Source: an uncultured Bacteroides sp. | GTDB lineage: Bacteria > Bacteroidota > Bacteroidia > Bacteroidales > Bacteroidaceae | NCBI GenBank assembly: GCA_944322335.1 | Contig: CALUOU010000003.1 | Coordinates: forward strand, 722 to 64,721 | Direction of reading: 5' to 3' | Length of the DNA: 64,000 nt | Shown: piece by piece, positions 9,399 to 19,539 of the stretch | Layout: the number at the start of each line of letters is the position of its first letter | Position numbering within the stretch: the stretch's first letter is position 1 | The notes under the pieces: generated by a model | What the model saw: the letters and a program-made list of their open reading frames with translations, nothing else | Databases searched by the model: none | Told to the model about the DNA's origin: nothing | Program-made: the position numbers and the translations under genes

Positions 9399-10712
9399 TT
9401 ATTTCTTGAGAATTCCGAACACTTTTCCTGAAGCAGGATGGTCCGTCCAATCCTTGCTTTCGGTTCCTCCACTGGTGATCCATCGGGTGAAGTCTGGGTA
9501 TGCGGTTCTGATGTCAACTTTTTCCAGAGGCCATTGCCAATGGGTGTGATTCTTATTCTCGCTGGCAATGCAAATGCCAAAAGCATAGTTGTCTTTGCTG
9601 AGATAGTAGGGACCGTTTTGGCCGGAAGCGTCATTGGCTTCTCCAAAGCGGGAAGTGTCACCTAAATCAGTCGGGGCGAAACCGGCGACATGGACTTCCG
9701 TGCGTTTTCCGGCAACAGCAGTTGGGGTGCTTGTGATGGCAAACACATCCATGTTCATAATGTCAAATGCTTGGTCGCGCACATCTTTGTCTTTGAAATT
9801 GAGCCAGATTCTGAAATCGGGGCAGTCCGTTCTGTTGTTCTCACCGTCCGTTTCTGTATTGATGAATGGGTATTCGCCTTTCGGATTTTTACACCATGCA
9901 TGCACGTCTTCGCAGATGATCAGCACCGGGTCTGTCTGACCTTTCTCAAAGGTTACAGAGGCGGCCTCGCCGTTGGTTGATTGAAGTTCCGCTTCCACTC
10001 CTTCCAAGTCACTTGCCTTGATGTTGAGGAAGCGGATGCCTACGCCAATCCTTCTGCTCGCGCCAGTCGCCTTGACTTCTCCCTCAATGCTGATCCGGTA
10101 AGAAGAAGTGTGGAATTTGTCAATGGTGACAACCACGTCGTTAAAGTCAAAGTCGCCGTACTGAGGCCATAAATCTTCGAAGGCGTATGTATATGCCCAA
10201 TTGTTTTTGCTGTTGTGATCCATGCCTACTTCGATGGGGAACTCAGGAGTGCCCGGCTCGCTCTTGGTGGCTGCTTGGGAGCCTGCCGCTGCGAATGTGT
10301 AATCCAACTGCGGCTGTACGGCAAAGGTCTTGACAATCTGGCTGCCGTCTGGAGCCGTTTGGCGCAGGTAGATGTTTCCGACAGTTTGCGGCATCCGCAG
10401 GGTCGTTGTGTACGATTGCGTCAGGTTGGCATAGCCGGCCGCTAACGGGATGGTGGCCGGATCTTCCTCCGGGTTGGCAGGGAAGGCTTCGATCAGGTAG
10501 CCGTATTTCCCTCCATACGCATCTTCCACGTCTACTTTCAGGTTGACAGAGGCGATGGTCGACCAGTTGAATCCGGCTGGTACCGCAATGTCTTCCCACG
10601 GATTTTCTGCGGGCCGGTTGACAGGATCCATTTCAGGGTTGTAAACGTCTTTAGTGCAACTTGTCAGGCTCATCGCGCCAATTAGAGTTGCCATGATTGG
10701 AATTTGTTTCAT
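9399..10712 (-). CDS. LruC/DUF4842-domain lipoprotein
   Basis: Lipobox LTSC after MKQIPIMATLIGAMS, YAFEDLWPQYGDFDFNDVV signature and WPLEK..I..AYPDF..W. Confidence 0.85.
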   Translation of the reverse strand: MKQIPIMATLIGAMSLTSCTKDVYNPEMDPVNRPAENPWEDIAVPAGFNWSTIASVNLKVDVEDAYGGKYGYLIEAFPANPEEDPATIPLAAGYANLTQSYTTTLRMPQTVGNIYLRQTAPDGSQIVKTFAVQPQLDYTFAAAGSQAATKSEPGTPEFPIEVGMDHNSKNNWAYTYAFEDLWPQYGDFDFNDVVVTIDKFHTSSYRISIEGEVKATGASRRIGVGIRFLNIKASDLEGVEAELQSTNGEAASVTFEKGQTDPVLIICEDVHAWCKNPKGEYPFINTETDGENNRTDCPDFRIWLNFKDKDVRDQAFDIMNMDVFAITSTPTAVAGKRTEVHVAGFAPTDLGDTSRFGEANDASGQNGPYYLSKDNYAFGICIASENKNHTHWQWPLEKVDIRTAYPDFTRWITSGGTESKDWTDHPASGKVFGILKK

Positions 10713-11040
10713 ATTGTTTCGGATATATGTTTGTTCTGTTTGAAACTCGGTGCAAATATACATGTTTTTGGGGAAATCCTTGTTGTGAAGTTGATTATTT
10801 TATTAAAAATATGTGCTTTGTTTGATTCAAGCGACTGTCACTTTTATGTTAAAGCTGATTTGGATTGCGAAAAATGTGGAGATGTGATTTGTTGTATCCA
10901 TCGTTATATATCTTTTAAGCAGCATATTTGAGTTCTTATGATAGACATAAATGTTCACGATTTGTCTTTCTGTCTGGCTGTAATGAAAAAGTAGAAAAAT
11001 CTTCTGTATTGTGAAAGTAAATGAAAACGGGAGACGGGCT

Positions 11041-11069
11041 TTAAACTTTTGCTTTCGCAAAGGGTCATA
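11041..11069 (+). promoter_or_regulatory. Candidate ECF-sigma promoter TTAAACTTTT-N13-GTCATA
   Basis: Same motif and spacing as the copies at 18014 and 18618. Confidence 0.5.
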
Positions 11070-11126
11070 TTGGCGTTGCAACACAAAATTGATATAAAAA
11101 GAAGTAGTATTAAAAAAAGTAATTTT

Positions 11127-11639
11127 ATGATGAAAAGAATCGTTTTAGCATGTATGGCCGCTTTATTGATGAGCGGTGTGATGATGGCGCAAGATGCGCG
11201 CCGGAGTGATAAGGACTTTGATGCGAAGGCCCGTGCGGAGCGCATGACGGAATGGATGGCCAAGGAATACGGACTGACTGACGAGCAAAAGGAAAAGCTG
11301 CTGGAAGCCAATCAGAAATGGGCGGAAAAAATGGGTGAGATACCTCCCATGCGCCGCTTTGCCCGTGAAAGAAGGCACCATCGCCATTTCCGGCGGCATG
11401 GTTGCTGTTGTGAGGATGTGCACAGACATGGTTATGAGGCTCGCCGAGAAGCCGGAGAGAGAGGAGGGAGACAGTTGACTGATGAGCAGCGGGCTGAACT
11501 GCGTGCCGAAAGGGAGAAACGTTGGGAAGAGATGAAGAAAGCGCGTGAGGACTACCGTGAACAGTTGCAGGACATCATGACGGAAGAGCAATATTCCAGT
11601 TATTTGGATCGTTTCCAAAACAGAAGGAATAGATTCTGA
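11127..11639 (+). CDS. Secreted helical DUF4890/Spy-CpxP-like protein
   Basis: Signal peptide MMKRIVLAC..., ERMTEWMAKEYGLTDEQ and IMTEEQY (LTxxQ-like) repeats. Confidence 0.75.
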   Translation: MMKRIVLACMAALLMSGVMMAQDARRSDKDFDAKARAERMTEWMAKEYGLTDEQKEKLLEANQKWAEKMGEIPPMRRFARERRHHRHFRRHGCCCEDVHRHGYEARREAGERGGRQLTDEQRAELRAEREKRWEEMKKAREDYREQLQDIMTEEQYSSYLDRFQNRRNRF

Positions 11640-11772
11640 TGCCAGTTCAGTTGATAGGTTGATGAAGGCCGACAGTTTCAAGCTATCGGCCTTTAATATG
11701 TTCTGAGCGAAGCTGATCGAGTCTATACGTTTCTGCAAATCAATTCTGCATTACGGTCATACGTTAATCGTT

Positions 11773-11878
11773 TTGCATCCGCATGTGCAAGGTCTTGCAT
11801 CAATGTGTGCAAGGTCTTGCATCAATGTGTGCAAGGTCTTGCATCAATGTGTGCAAAGTCTTGCATTAACATGTGCAA
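11773..11878. repeat. 22-bp tandem repeat (TGTGCAAGGTCTTGCATCAATG), about 4.5 copies
   Basis: Units start at 11784, 11806, 11828, 11850 and 11872. Internal palindrome TGCAAG-gt-CTTGCA. Confidence 0.95.
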
Positions 11879-12243
11879 CACCCCTTATCTTGCTGCTTTA
11901 ATCTTCATATCCAGCTTTCGCAATCTTCGGGTTATAGTTGACAAGCCTGCGAGGCGTTTTAGAGGGTCGTTTCAAGCGGCATCTTGGCAGGTGGGGCTTT
12001 TCACCTTTGCAGCTTCGCCGTTGAAGCTTTGCCGACAGACGGGTCGGGCGGCTCCTATAATTCCGCCCATGTGGCGCCGGTTGATTTTGTTGCCTTACTT
12101 GCTTGCTTTTTCCCTTCTCTTTTCGTTCCTTTGCTGTCGATTATCAATAGGCATGATATTGGATAAGGCTTTAGACTGCTGACAGTCGTAAGCCGTGTTC
12201 TTTATTCTGTGTAATTTCTAAAATAAAAACTGGGAGAAAGAAA

Positions 12244-12921
12244 ATGAAGGTTTTAGTGGTAGAAGATGAAACCGGACTGCGGGAAACGGTGAAAGCTTCC
12301 CTTTTAAAAGAAAAATTTGTGGTAGAGACGGCTTCTGATTATCATTCGGCATTGGATAAGATCAATGATTATGACTATGACTGCATCCTGCTGGACATCA
12401 TGTTGCCGGGAGGCAGCGGCTTGGATTTGCTGCGCGAGTTGAAACGGTTGAGGCGTAGTGACAGTGTGCTGATCGTTTCTGCCAAAGATTCGTTGGATGA
12501 CAAGGTGGAAGGGTTGGACTTGGGGGCGGATGACTATCTGACCAAACCTTTTCATCTGGCAGAGCTGAATGCGCGGGTCAAGTCATTGATCCGGAGGAGG
12601 CAGGCGCAGGGAGACGTGACTTTGTCCATGGGAAATCTGACGGTTTATCCCGACAAACGTCAGGTGGAGGTGGACGGTACGCCGGTACAGCTGAATAGGA
12701 AAGAGTATGACCTGCTATATTATTTTGTGGTGAATCCCAACCGGGTCATCAATAAAATGAGCCTTGCAGAGTCGGTCTGGGGAGACAATATTGATCAGGC
12801 GGATTCTTTGGATTTTATTTATTCTCAGGTGAAGAATTTGCGTAAGAAGCTGAAACAGGCCGGAGCTACAGTGGAGCTGAAGGCTGTATATGGATTTGGC
12901 TATAAACTGGCTGAGGTATGA
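12244..12921 (+). CDS. OmpR-family response regulator
   Basis: Receiver domain plus winged helix (KAVYGFGYKL). Confidence 0.93.
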   Translation: MKVLVVEDETGLRETVKASLLKEKFVVETASDYHSALDKINDYDYDCILLDIMLPGGSGLDLLRELKRLRRSDSVLIVSAKDSLDDKVEGLDLGADDYLTKPFHLAELNARVKSLIRRRQAQGDVTLSMGNLTVYPDKRQVEVDGTPVQLNRKEYDLLYYFVVNPNRVINKMSLAESVWGDNIDQADSLDFIYSQVKNLRKKLKQAGATVELKAVYGFGYKLAEV

Positions 12922-14216
12922 AGCTGCTTCACTATACTTACCGCAAGCTGGCGTTTTTGCTGTTTTTGCTGATGGCGGCATGGGGCGTGTTGTTCTATTA
13001 TACCATCATCGATGAGGTGGTGGACGAAACGGACGATACGCTGGAAAATTATGCCAACATTTTGATTAATGCGGCTCTGGACGACGCTTCCGTATTGGAT
13101 ACCAGCGGAAATCTGATGTCTATGTATTCTTTTCGTCCTGTTTCGGAAGAGGAAGGGGAAAATTACCGAAGGATGTTCTACGACTCTTCGGTTTATATTG
13201 AAATAGAGGATGAGTATGAGCCGGTGCGTGTGTTGCGTACGGCTTTCTGCATGGCGGACGGACAGTTTTATGAGTTGACGCTGATGATTTCCATCTTGGA
13301 GAGGGATGACATGATCCGGGCAATGGTGTGGTATCTGGGCGCTTTGTTCCTCCTGTTTCTGGTAACGACCTCTGTGGGAATCCGGCTCACCCTCACCAGA
13401 GTGTTCAAGCCTTTGCACCGGCTGTTGAAGTGGCTGCATGCCATTCAGCCGGGCAAGGAAGTGCCTCCTTTGGACAATCCTACCCAGATCCGCGAATTCC
13501 GTCAGCTGAGCGAGGCTGCCTTGTCAATGGGGAACAGAAGCTATAAGGCTTACGAGGAACAGAAGCAGTTTATTGAAAACGCTTCACACGAATTGCAGAC
13601 CCCTTTGGCCATCGCCTGTGGAAAGGTGGAGCTGCTGGCCGAGTCTGAATCCTTGAACGAGCAGCAAATGAAGGAGTTGGACGCTCTTTATGCGACCTTG
13701 GGAAGAGCTGTCCGGCTGAATAAATCGCTGCTATTGCTGTCGCGCATCGAGAACGGACAGTATACAGAAACGGAAGTCGTGTCTGTGGATGAAGCTGTAG
13801 ACGGCCTGTTGCCGGACTTGATGGATATTTACGGGCATAAACAAGTGCGTTTGGTGCGGGAAAGAGGGGAAAAGCCGTTTATGGTCCGTTGCAACCCTTC
13901 GCTTATGCATATATTACTGTCCAATCTTGTGAAAAACGCTTTGCTGCACAACCGGCAGGCTGGAGAGTTGCGGGTATTGACTACGGAGTGTTCATTGGTG
14001 ATAAAAAATACAGGGGAATCCTCATTGGATACAGATAGGCTGTTTCAGCGTTTTTATCATGGATCGAAAGATAAGAAGGATTCTACGGGATTGGGATTAG
14101 CCATTGCGCACTCCATTGCCGTTGCCTCCTCTTTGTCGTTGACATATCAATGGGAGAAGGGCATGCACTGTTTTGCCTTGGTTAAAGAGAGTGAAAAACG
14201 TAAAGTGAGAGGCTAA
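12918..14216 (+). CDS. Sensor histidine kinase
   Basis: ENASHELQTPL H-box, N-box and GLGLAI G2 box, two TM segments, ATGA overlap with the regulator. Confidence 0.93.
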   Translation: MKLLHYTYRKLAFLLFLLMAAWGVLFYYTIIDEVVDETDDTLENYANILINAALDDASVLDTSGNLMSMYSFRPVSEEEGENYRRMFYDSSVYIEIEDEYEPVRVLRTAFCMADGQFYELTLMISILERDDMIRAMVWYLGALFLLFLVTTSVGIRLTLTRVFKPLHRLLKWLHAIQPGKEVPPLDNPTQIREFRQLSEAALSMGNRSYKAYEEQKQFIENASHELQTPLAIACGKVELLAESESLNEQQMKELDALYATLGRAVRLNKSLLLLSRIENGQYTETEVVSVDEAVDGLLPDLMDIYGHKQVRLVRERGEKPFMVRCNPSLMHILLSNLVKNALLHNRQAGELRVLTTECSLVIKNTGESSLDTDRLFQRFYHGSKDKKDSTGLGLAIAHSIAVASSLSLTYQWEKGMHCFALVKESEKRKVRG

Positions 14217-14418
14217 TTCCCAAATCTTTCCTATTTTGCCTGTTTCCTTTGCGCTTGACAATAATGGACGAAGGCAGGCTGGCGGGAGGGGGGGAAGATC
14301 CAGCGGGATATTTGGGGAGGTATAGTCGATCCGGATCTTTCTTGCAAACCGACTCTGTTTCCCTATGTGCACTCCGTCCGCTTGCCAATTCCTCAACTTT
14401 AAAACATATAATAAGAAT

Positions 14419-14856
14419 ATGAAGAAGTGGTTTTTTATAGTAGGCTTTGCCGTAGGCACCATACAGCTGTCCAGGGCAGGTGATGTCATTACGCAGGATG
14501 CCATGCACTTGCCGTTGACGGCTCGCAACTTTATCAACCGGCATTTTGAGAAGCCAAAGATTTCCTATATTAAAATAGAGAAAGATTGGTTTAAGGCAAA
14601 GAAATATGAAGTGCTGTTGACAGACCGTACGGAAATTGAATTTGACAGCCGTGGCAATTGGCTGGAAGTGGATTGCAAGCGGAAAGCTGTGCCGGCCACG
14701 CTGGTGCCTGGTTATGTGCAGGCATACTTGGATGAGTTTTTCCCGGAAGCTTTTATCACCCAGATTGAGCGTGACAAAGGCATTGAGGTCGAGTTGAGCA
14801 ACGATTTCTCTTTGAAATTCAACCAAAAAGGCGAATTGGTCGATATAGATGACTGA
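14419..14856 (+). CDS. PepSY-like periplasmic protein
   Basis: Signal peptide and two repeats of the YEV.L....EIEFD..GNW type. Confidence 0.8.
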   Translation: MKKWFFIVGFAVGTIQLSRAGDVITQDAMHLPLTARNFINRHFEKPKISYIKIEKDWFKAKKYEVLLTDRTEIEFDSRGNWLEVDCKRKAVPATLVPGYVQAYLDEFFPEAFITQIERDKGIEVELSNDFSLKFNQKGELVDIDD

Positions 14857-14882
14857 GAAATCAATATTAAAACGGTATTTTT

Positions 14883-14913
14883 TTTGCAGTTCGAGAAAAT
14901 ACCTCTATCTTTG
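14883..14913 (+). promoter_or_regulatory. Bacteroidetes housekeeping promoter of rpsA
   Basis: TTTG at 14883 and TATCTTTG at 14906-14913. Confidence 0.7.
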
Positions 14914-14979
14914 CGCCCGATTTTATGAGTCGATATAATGTCTCACTTAATTAATTATTAAACAATTATTTTATTTAGA

Positions 14980-16770
14980 ATGGAAGATTTTAAAAATGTA
15001 AAGCCCCTTGAGGACTTCAATTGGGATGCGTACGAAAACGGTGAAGCCGTATCCAGTGCCAGCCATGAAGAGCTGGAAAAGGCGTATGACAATACGCTGA
15101 ACAAGGTTAGCGACCGTGAGGTGGTTGACGGAACGGTAATTGCAATGAACAAGCGTGAAGTCGTTGTAAATATCGGCTATAAATCGGACGGCATTATTCC
15201 GATGAGCGAATTCCGTTACAATCCGGATCTGAAAGTAGGTGACACGGTGGAAGTGTACATCGAAAATCAAGAAGACAAGAAGGGACAGCTGGTTCTGTCT
15301 CACCGCAAAGCACGTGCTACCCGTTCATGGGATCGCATCAATGCTGCTTTGGAAAATGAAGAGGTGATTAAAGGTTACATCAAATGCCGTACGAAGGGCG
15401 GTATGATTGTAGATGTGTTTGGCATCGAAGCTTTCTTGCCCGGTTCGCAAATTGATGTGAAGCCCATCCGTGACTACGATGTGTTTGTAGGCAAGACGAT
15501 GGAATTCAAGGTTGTGAAGATCAACCAGGAATTCAAGAACGTAGTTGTTTCCCACAAGGCTCTGATCGAGGCCGAACTGGAACAGCAGAAGAAAGAAATC
15601 ATCAGCAAACTCGAGAAGGGACAAGTGCTCGAGGGTACTGTCAAGAATATTACTTCTTACGGTGTGTTTATCGACTTGGGCGGCGTAGACGGTCTGATTC
15701 ACATTACAGACTTGTCGTGGGGCCGTGTGAGCGATCCGCATGAAGTGGTTGAACTGGACCAGAAGCTGAATGTCGTTATCTTGGACTTTGATGACGAAAA
15801 GAAGCGCATCGCATTGGGTCTGAAACAATTGACTCCCCATCCTTGGGATGCACTGGATCCGAACCTGAAGGTAGGCGATCACGTGAAGGGCAAAGTAGTG
15901 GTGATGGCAGACTACGGTGCGTTTATTGAAATTGCTCCGGGTGTGGAAGGCTTGATCCACGTATCGGAAATGTCTTGGTCTCAGCACTTGCGTTCCGCGC
16001 AAGACTTCATGAAGGTGGGCGATGAAGTGGAAGCTGTAGTCCTGACATTGGATCGTGAAGAGCGTAAGATGTCCCTGGGCATCAAGCAGCTGAAACCGGA
16101 TCCTTGGGATACGATTGAAGAGAAATACCCCGTCGGAAGCAGACATACTGCCAAAGTGCGCAACTTCACCAATTTCGGTGTGTTCGTTGAAATCGAAGAG
16201 GGTGTTGACGGCCTGATCCACATTTCCGACCTGTCTTGGACGAAGAAAGTTAAGCATCCGTCTGAATTTACCCAGATTGGTGCAGACATCGAAGTGCAGG
16301 TGCTGGAAATCGACAAGGAAAACCGCCGTCTGAGCTTGGGTCACAAGCAGCTGGAAGAGAATCCTTGGGATGTGTTTGAGACAGTATTCACTGTGGGCAG
16401 CATTCACGAAGGCACCATCATCGAAATGCTGGAAAAGGGTGCTGTAGTCGCTTTGCCTTACGGTGTGGAAGGTTTTGCAACACCGAAACACTTGGTTAAG
16501 GAAGATGGCACACAAGCCCAGTTGGAAGAGAAACTTCCGTTTAAGGTGATTGAGTTCAACAAGGATGCTAAGCGTATCATCTTGTCTCACAGCCGTATCT
16601 TTGAAGATGCCGCTAAGGCCGAAGAAAGAGCGGAAAAGAAGGCTGCAAAGAAGGCCAAGAGAGAAGAGACACCGGTGATCCAGAACCAGGCTGCATCCAC
16701 TACGTTGGGTGACATTGACGCTTTGGCTGCCCTGAAAGAGCAGATGGAAGCTGAAAAAAGCAAGAAGTAA
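14980..16770 (+). CDS. rpsA: 30S ribosomal protein S1
   Basis: Six S1 repeats (GLIHITDLSW, GLIHVSEMSW, GLIHISDLSW). Confidence 0.98.
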   Translation: MEDFKNVKPLEDFNWDAYENGEAVSSASHEELEKAYDNTLNKVSDREVVDGTVIAMNKREVVVNIGYKSDGIIPMSEFRYNPDLKVGDTVEVYIENQEDKKGQLVLSHRKARATRSWDRINAALENEEVIKGYIKCRTKGGMIVDVFGIEAFLPGSQIDVKPIRDYDVFVGKTMEFKVVKINQEFKNVVVSHKALIEAELEQQKKEIISKLEKGQVLEGTVKNITSYGVFIDLGGVDGLIHITDLSWGRVSDPHEVVELDQKLNVVILDFDDEKKRIALGLKQLTPHPWDALDPNLKVGDHVKGKVVVMADYGAFIEIAPGVEGLIHVSEMSWSQHLRSAQDFMKVGDEVEAVVLTLDREERKMSLGIKQLKPDPWDTIEEKYPVGSRHTAKVRNFTNFGVFVEIEEGVDGLIHISDLSWTKKVKHPSEFTQIGADIEVQVLEIDKENRRLSLGHKQLEENPWDVFETVFTVGSIHEGTIIEMLEKGAVVALPYGVEGFATPKHLVKEDGTQAQLEEKLPFKVIEFNKDAKRIILSHSRIFEDAAKAEERAEKKAAKKAKREETPVIQNQAASTTLGDIDALAALKEQMEAEKSKK

Positions 16771-16796
16771 AAAAGTCTTCATATAACATTCGGGTA

Positions 16797-16841
16797 AAGA
16801 ATCCCTCGGTCTGGATTGAATTCCGCCGGGGGATTTTTTTT
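16797..16841 (+). terminator. Intrinsic terminator after rpsA
   Basis: AATCCCTCGG...CCGGGGGATT stem followed by a T-tract. Confidence 0.75.
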
Positions 16842-17048
16842 GCTTGGGTGTTTCGTCAAACGGCAATAATTCTTTATCTTTGCCCTATGTTTATAGCGGA
16901 ACGGATTTTGGTTTGTAAAGATGCGGAGAAGCGGTAAAGAAAGAAGCCGGCAAGTCCGCATAAGGAGTTTTTAAGCCGATACCAAGACATTGGCGCTCTA
17001 ATCTCCTCTCTCTGTTTCAACTTCTATGGCGAAAAAACAAGTTTACTT

Positions 17049-17966
17049 ATGGAGAAATTTGAATTACATATTTTGGGTTGTGGCTCAGCATTGCCTACTA
17101 CGCGTCATTTCCCCACTTCACAAGTGCTGAATGTGCGTGACAAATTGTTTATGATCGATTGTGGAGAAGGTGCTCAGCTGCAATTCCGCAAGTCCCGTCT
17201 GAAGTTCTCCCGTTTGAATCATATTTTCATTTCGCACCTGCATGGTGACCATTGTTTCGGATTGCCCGGATTGATTTCCACGCTTAATCTTTTGGGGAGG
17301 ACGGCAGACTTGCACATATATTCTCCTGAAGGATTGGAGGCTCTGATGCGTCCTGTGCTCGATTTCTTCAACCGGCAGATGACTTATAGGGTGTTTTTTC
17401 ATGAGTTCTCTGTACAAGCCCCTTGTCTGATATTTGAAGACCGCTCCATGGAAGTGATGACCCTTCCTCTTCAGCACCGCATGCCTTGCTGTGGTTTCCT
17501 TTTTGCCGAAAAACCGAGTCCTAATCATCTGCTTCGGGAGTGGGTGGACTTTTACGGTGTTCCTGTCTCAGAGTTCAACCGCATCAAGAACGGGGCAGAC
17601 TATGTGACACCGGAAGGAGAAACGATTCCTAACAGCCGTTTGACTTCTCCGGCGGATCCGCCTCGCAAATATGCTTATTGTTCAGACACTGTCTATAAGC
17701 CAACGCTTGCGCCGTTGATCCGGGGAGCCAATCTCTTATTTCACGAGGCGACTTTTGCCAACGCAGATAAGGCGCGTGCCAGTGAGACTTTTCATACCAC
17801 AGCCGGACAAGCCGCACTGTTTGCCCAAACAGCTAATGTCAAGAAACTGGTCATCGGACACTTTTCAGCCCGCTATGAGGATGAGCAGGCATTGCTGAAC
17901 GAAGCATTAGCAGTCTTTCCGCATACAATATTGGCGCGGGAAAATCTTTGTCTGCCGATCGATTGA
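17049..17966 (+). CDS. rnz: Ribonuclease Z
   Basis: SHLHGDH, AYCSDT, HEATF and GHFSARY motifs. Confidence 0.95.
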   Translation: MEKFELHILGCGSALPTTRHFPTSQVLNVRDKLFMIDCGEGAQLQFRKSRLKFSRLNHIFISHLHGDHCFGLPGLISTLNLLGRTADLHIYSPEGLEALMRPVLDFFNRQMTYRVFFHEFSVQAPCLIFEDRSMEVMTLPLQHRMPCCGFLFAEKPSPNHLLREWVDFYGVPVSEFNRIKNGADYVTPEGETIPNSRLTSPADPPRKYAYCSDTVYKPTLAPLIRGANLLFHEATFANADKARASETFHTTAGQAALFAQTANVKKLVIGHFSARYEDEQALLNEALAVFPHTILARENLCLPID

Positions 17967-18013
17967 CGGGATGAGGGGGAAAGGATGTAAATAGAAACGG
18001 ATGCTTGTCACAA

Positions 18014-18042
18014 TTAAACTTTTGTGTGAGCAATTAGTCTAA
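18014..18042 (+). promoter_or_regulatory. Candidate ECF promoter TTAAACTTTT-N13-GTCTAA upstream of the sigma gene
   Basis: Repeated with identical spacing at 18618-18646. Confidence 0.6.
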
Positions 18043-18066
18043 TATACTAAATGTGAGTAGAAACAA

Positions 18067-18621
18067 ATGAACTCTTCTTATAACGAACGTGAGGTGTTGG
18101 CGCTTTTGCAAGAGGAAAGTACACAAAAACGCGGATTTGAAATGATTGTGGCGCAGTATAGCGAGCAATTGTATTGGCAAATCCGCCGTATGGTTCTTTC
18201 ACATGAAGATGCGAACGATCTGCTTCAAAATACCTTTATCAAGGCATGGATGAACATTGATTACTTTCGGGGGGAGGCAAAACTGTCCACGTGGCTTTAT
18301 CGCATTGCCATGAATGAATGTCTGACATTTCTGAATAAGCAGCATGCCACGGCAACGGTGTCTTTGGACGATCCGGAGGCAAAGGCTATCGAACGTTTGG
18401 AAAGCGATTCCTATTTTTCAGGTGACAAAATACAAAAAGCCTTGCAAAAAGCCTTGCTTTCTTTGCCTGAAAAACAGCGAATGGTTTTCAACTTGAAATA
18501 TTATCAGGAAATGAAATACGAAGAAATGTCTGAAATATTCGGCACTTCCGTAGGGGCGTTGAAGGCATCTTATCATCACGCCGTGAAGAAAATAGAAAAG
18601 TTTTTGACCGAGGAGGATTAA
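18067..18621 (+). CDS. ECF RNA polymerase sigma factor
   Basis: Region 2 (DLLQNTFIKAW, STWLYRIA) and region 4 (LPEKQRMVF..YEEMSEI). Confidence 0.93.
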   Translation: MNSSYNEREVLALLQEESTQKRGFEMIVAQYSEQLYWQIRRMVLSHEDANDLLQNTFIKAWMNIDYFRGEAKLSTWLYRIAMNECLTFLNKQHATATVSLDDPEAKAIERLESDSYFSGDKIQKALQKALLSLPEKQRMVFNLKYYQEMKYEEMSEIFGTSVGALKASYHHAVKKIEKFLTEED

Positions 18622-18646
18622 ACCTTTATATAACGTTTTAGTCTAA
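18618..18646 (+). promoter_or_regulatory. Second candidate ECF promoter TTAAACCTTT-N13-GTCTAA
   Basis: Overlaps the sigma stop codon and precedes the putative anti-sigma gene. Confidence 0.55.
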
Positions 18647-18662
18647 AAAAACAGAAAGGAGA

Positions 18663-19031
18663 ATGCTTATGAAAGAAGAAGATAACATACTGAGGAAAGC
18701 GGGGGTGAAGAATCCTTTTAAAGTTCCTGAAGGGTATTTTGAAAGTCTTACTTCAGAAGTCATGAATCGGCTCCCCCAAAAGGAACCTGTGGAATGCAAA
18801 CGTCCTACCTTGTGGCAGAAAGTGAAACCATGGGTGTATATGGCGGCAATGTTTGCCGGCGCGGCTTTGATCATCCGCATTGCGCCAGGCGTGCAGAAAT
18901 CGAACTCGGAGGCTGTGGCTGTGGATGACTCTGAGAAAGAGATGGAGTACATCAATGTGGTTGTGGATAATTCGATGTTGGATGATGACTATTCTTTATA
19001 CGTTTATCTGACAGATGACGATGCGGAATGA
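18663..19031 (+). CDS. Single-TM protein, probable anti-sigma factor
   Basis: NPFKVPEGYFE motif, one TM segment, located directly after the ECF sigma gene. Confidence 0.65.
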   Translation: MLMKEEDNILRKAGVKNPFKVPEGYFESLTSEVMNRLPQKEPVECKRPTLWQKVKPWVYMAAMFAGAALIIRIAPGVQKSNSEAVAVDDSEKEMEYINVVVDNSMLDDDYSLYVYLTDDDAE

Positions 19032-19083
19032 TTCGTTTCATCGTCAACACGACATAGACATATAACATATATACGGTTTGAAA

Positions 19084-19539
19084 ATGAAGAAACTGATTGT
19101 TTTATTAGTGATGCTGTGTCACTTGGCTCCTGTGTTGCAGGCGTATGATGGCATGCAGCAGAATCGGCTAAGCCGAGAAGAGTTCCGGGCTAAACAGCAG
19201 GCGTATATTACAGAAAAGGCCGGTTTGACTGGCGATGAAGCTGCGAAGTTCTTTCCGGTTTACTTTGAATTGCAGGATCAGAAAAAAAAGCTAAACGATG
19301 AGGCATGGAAGCTTTTGCGGAAGGGAAAGCAAGAGAACATTTCGGAAGCGGTGTATGGAGACATTCTGAAGGGGGTCTATAAAGCCCGCATCGAAGCGGA
19401 AAAGTTGGATCAGACTTATCTGGAGAAGTTCAAGAGGATTCTTCCTTATAAGAAAATCTATAAGGTACTCCAAGCCGAAATGCATTTCCATCGCGAACTG
19501 CTAAGAAGCATGAGGCAGCGGGGAAAGAATGGGAAATAA
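19084..19539 (+). CDS. Secreted helical protein associated with the ECF sigma (Spy-like)
   Basis: Signal peptide, YITEKAGLT..EAAKFFPVY. Confidence 0.65.
   Translation: MKKLIVLLVMLCHLAPVLQAYDGMQQNRLSREEFRAKQQAYITEKAGLTGDEAAKFFPVYFELQDQKKKLNDEAWKLLRKGKQENISEAVYGDILKGVYKARIEAEKLDQTYLEKFKRILPYKKIYKVLQAEMHFHRELLRSMRQRGKNGK

Noticed and set aside
9160-9400. Invertible promoter for the polysaccharide locus
   Set aside because: I could not find inverted repeats flanking the promoter, or a nearby recombinase.
11773-11878. Possible CRISPR array
   Set aside because: Head-to-tail 22-bp units with no unique spacers and no cas genes.
15325-16866. 513-aa ORF antisense to rpsA, and similar long antisense ORFs over gumC, glyA, uxaB, uxaC, mutY and murB
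   Set aside because: Shadow frames caused by codon bias of well-supported genes, with no recognisable motifs.
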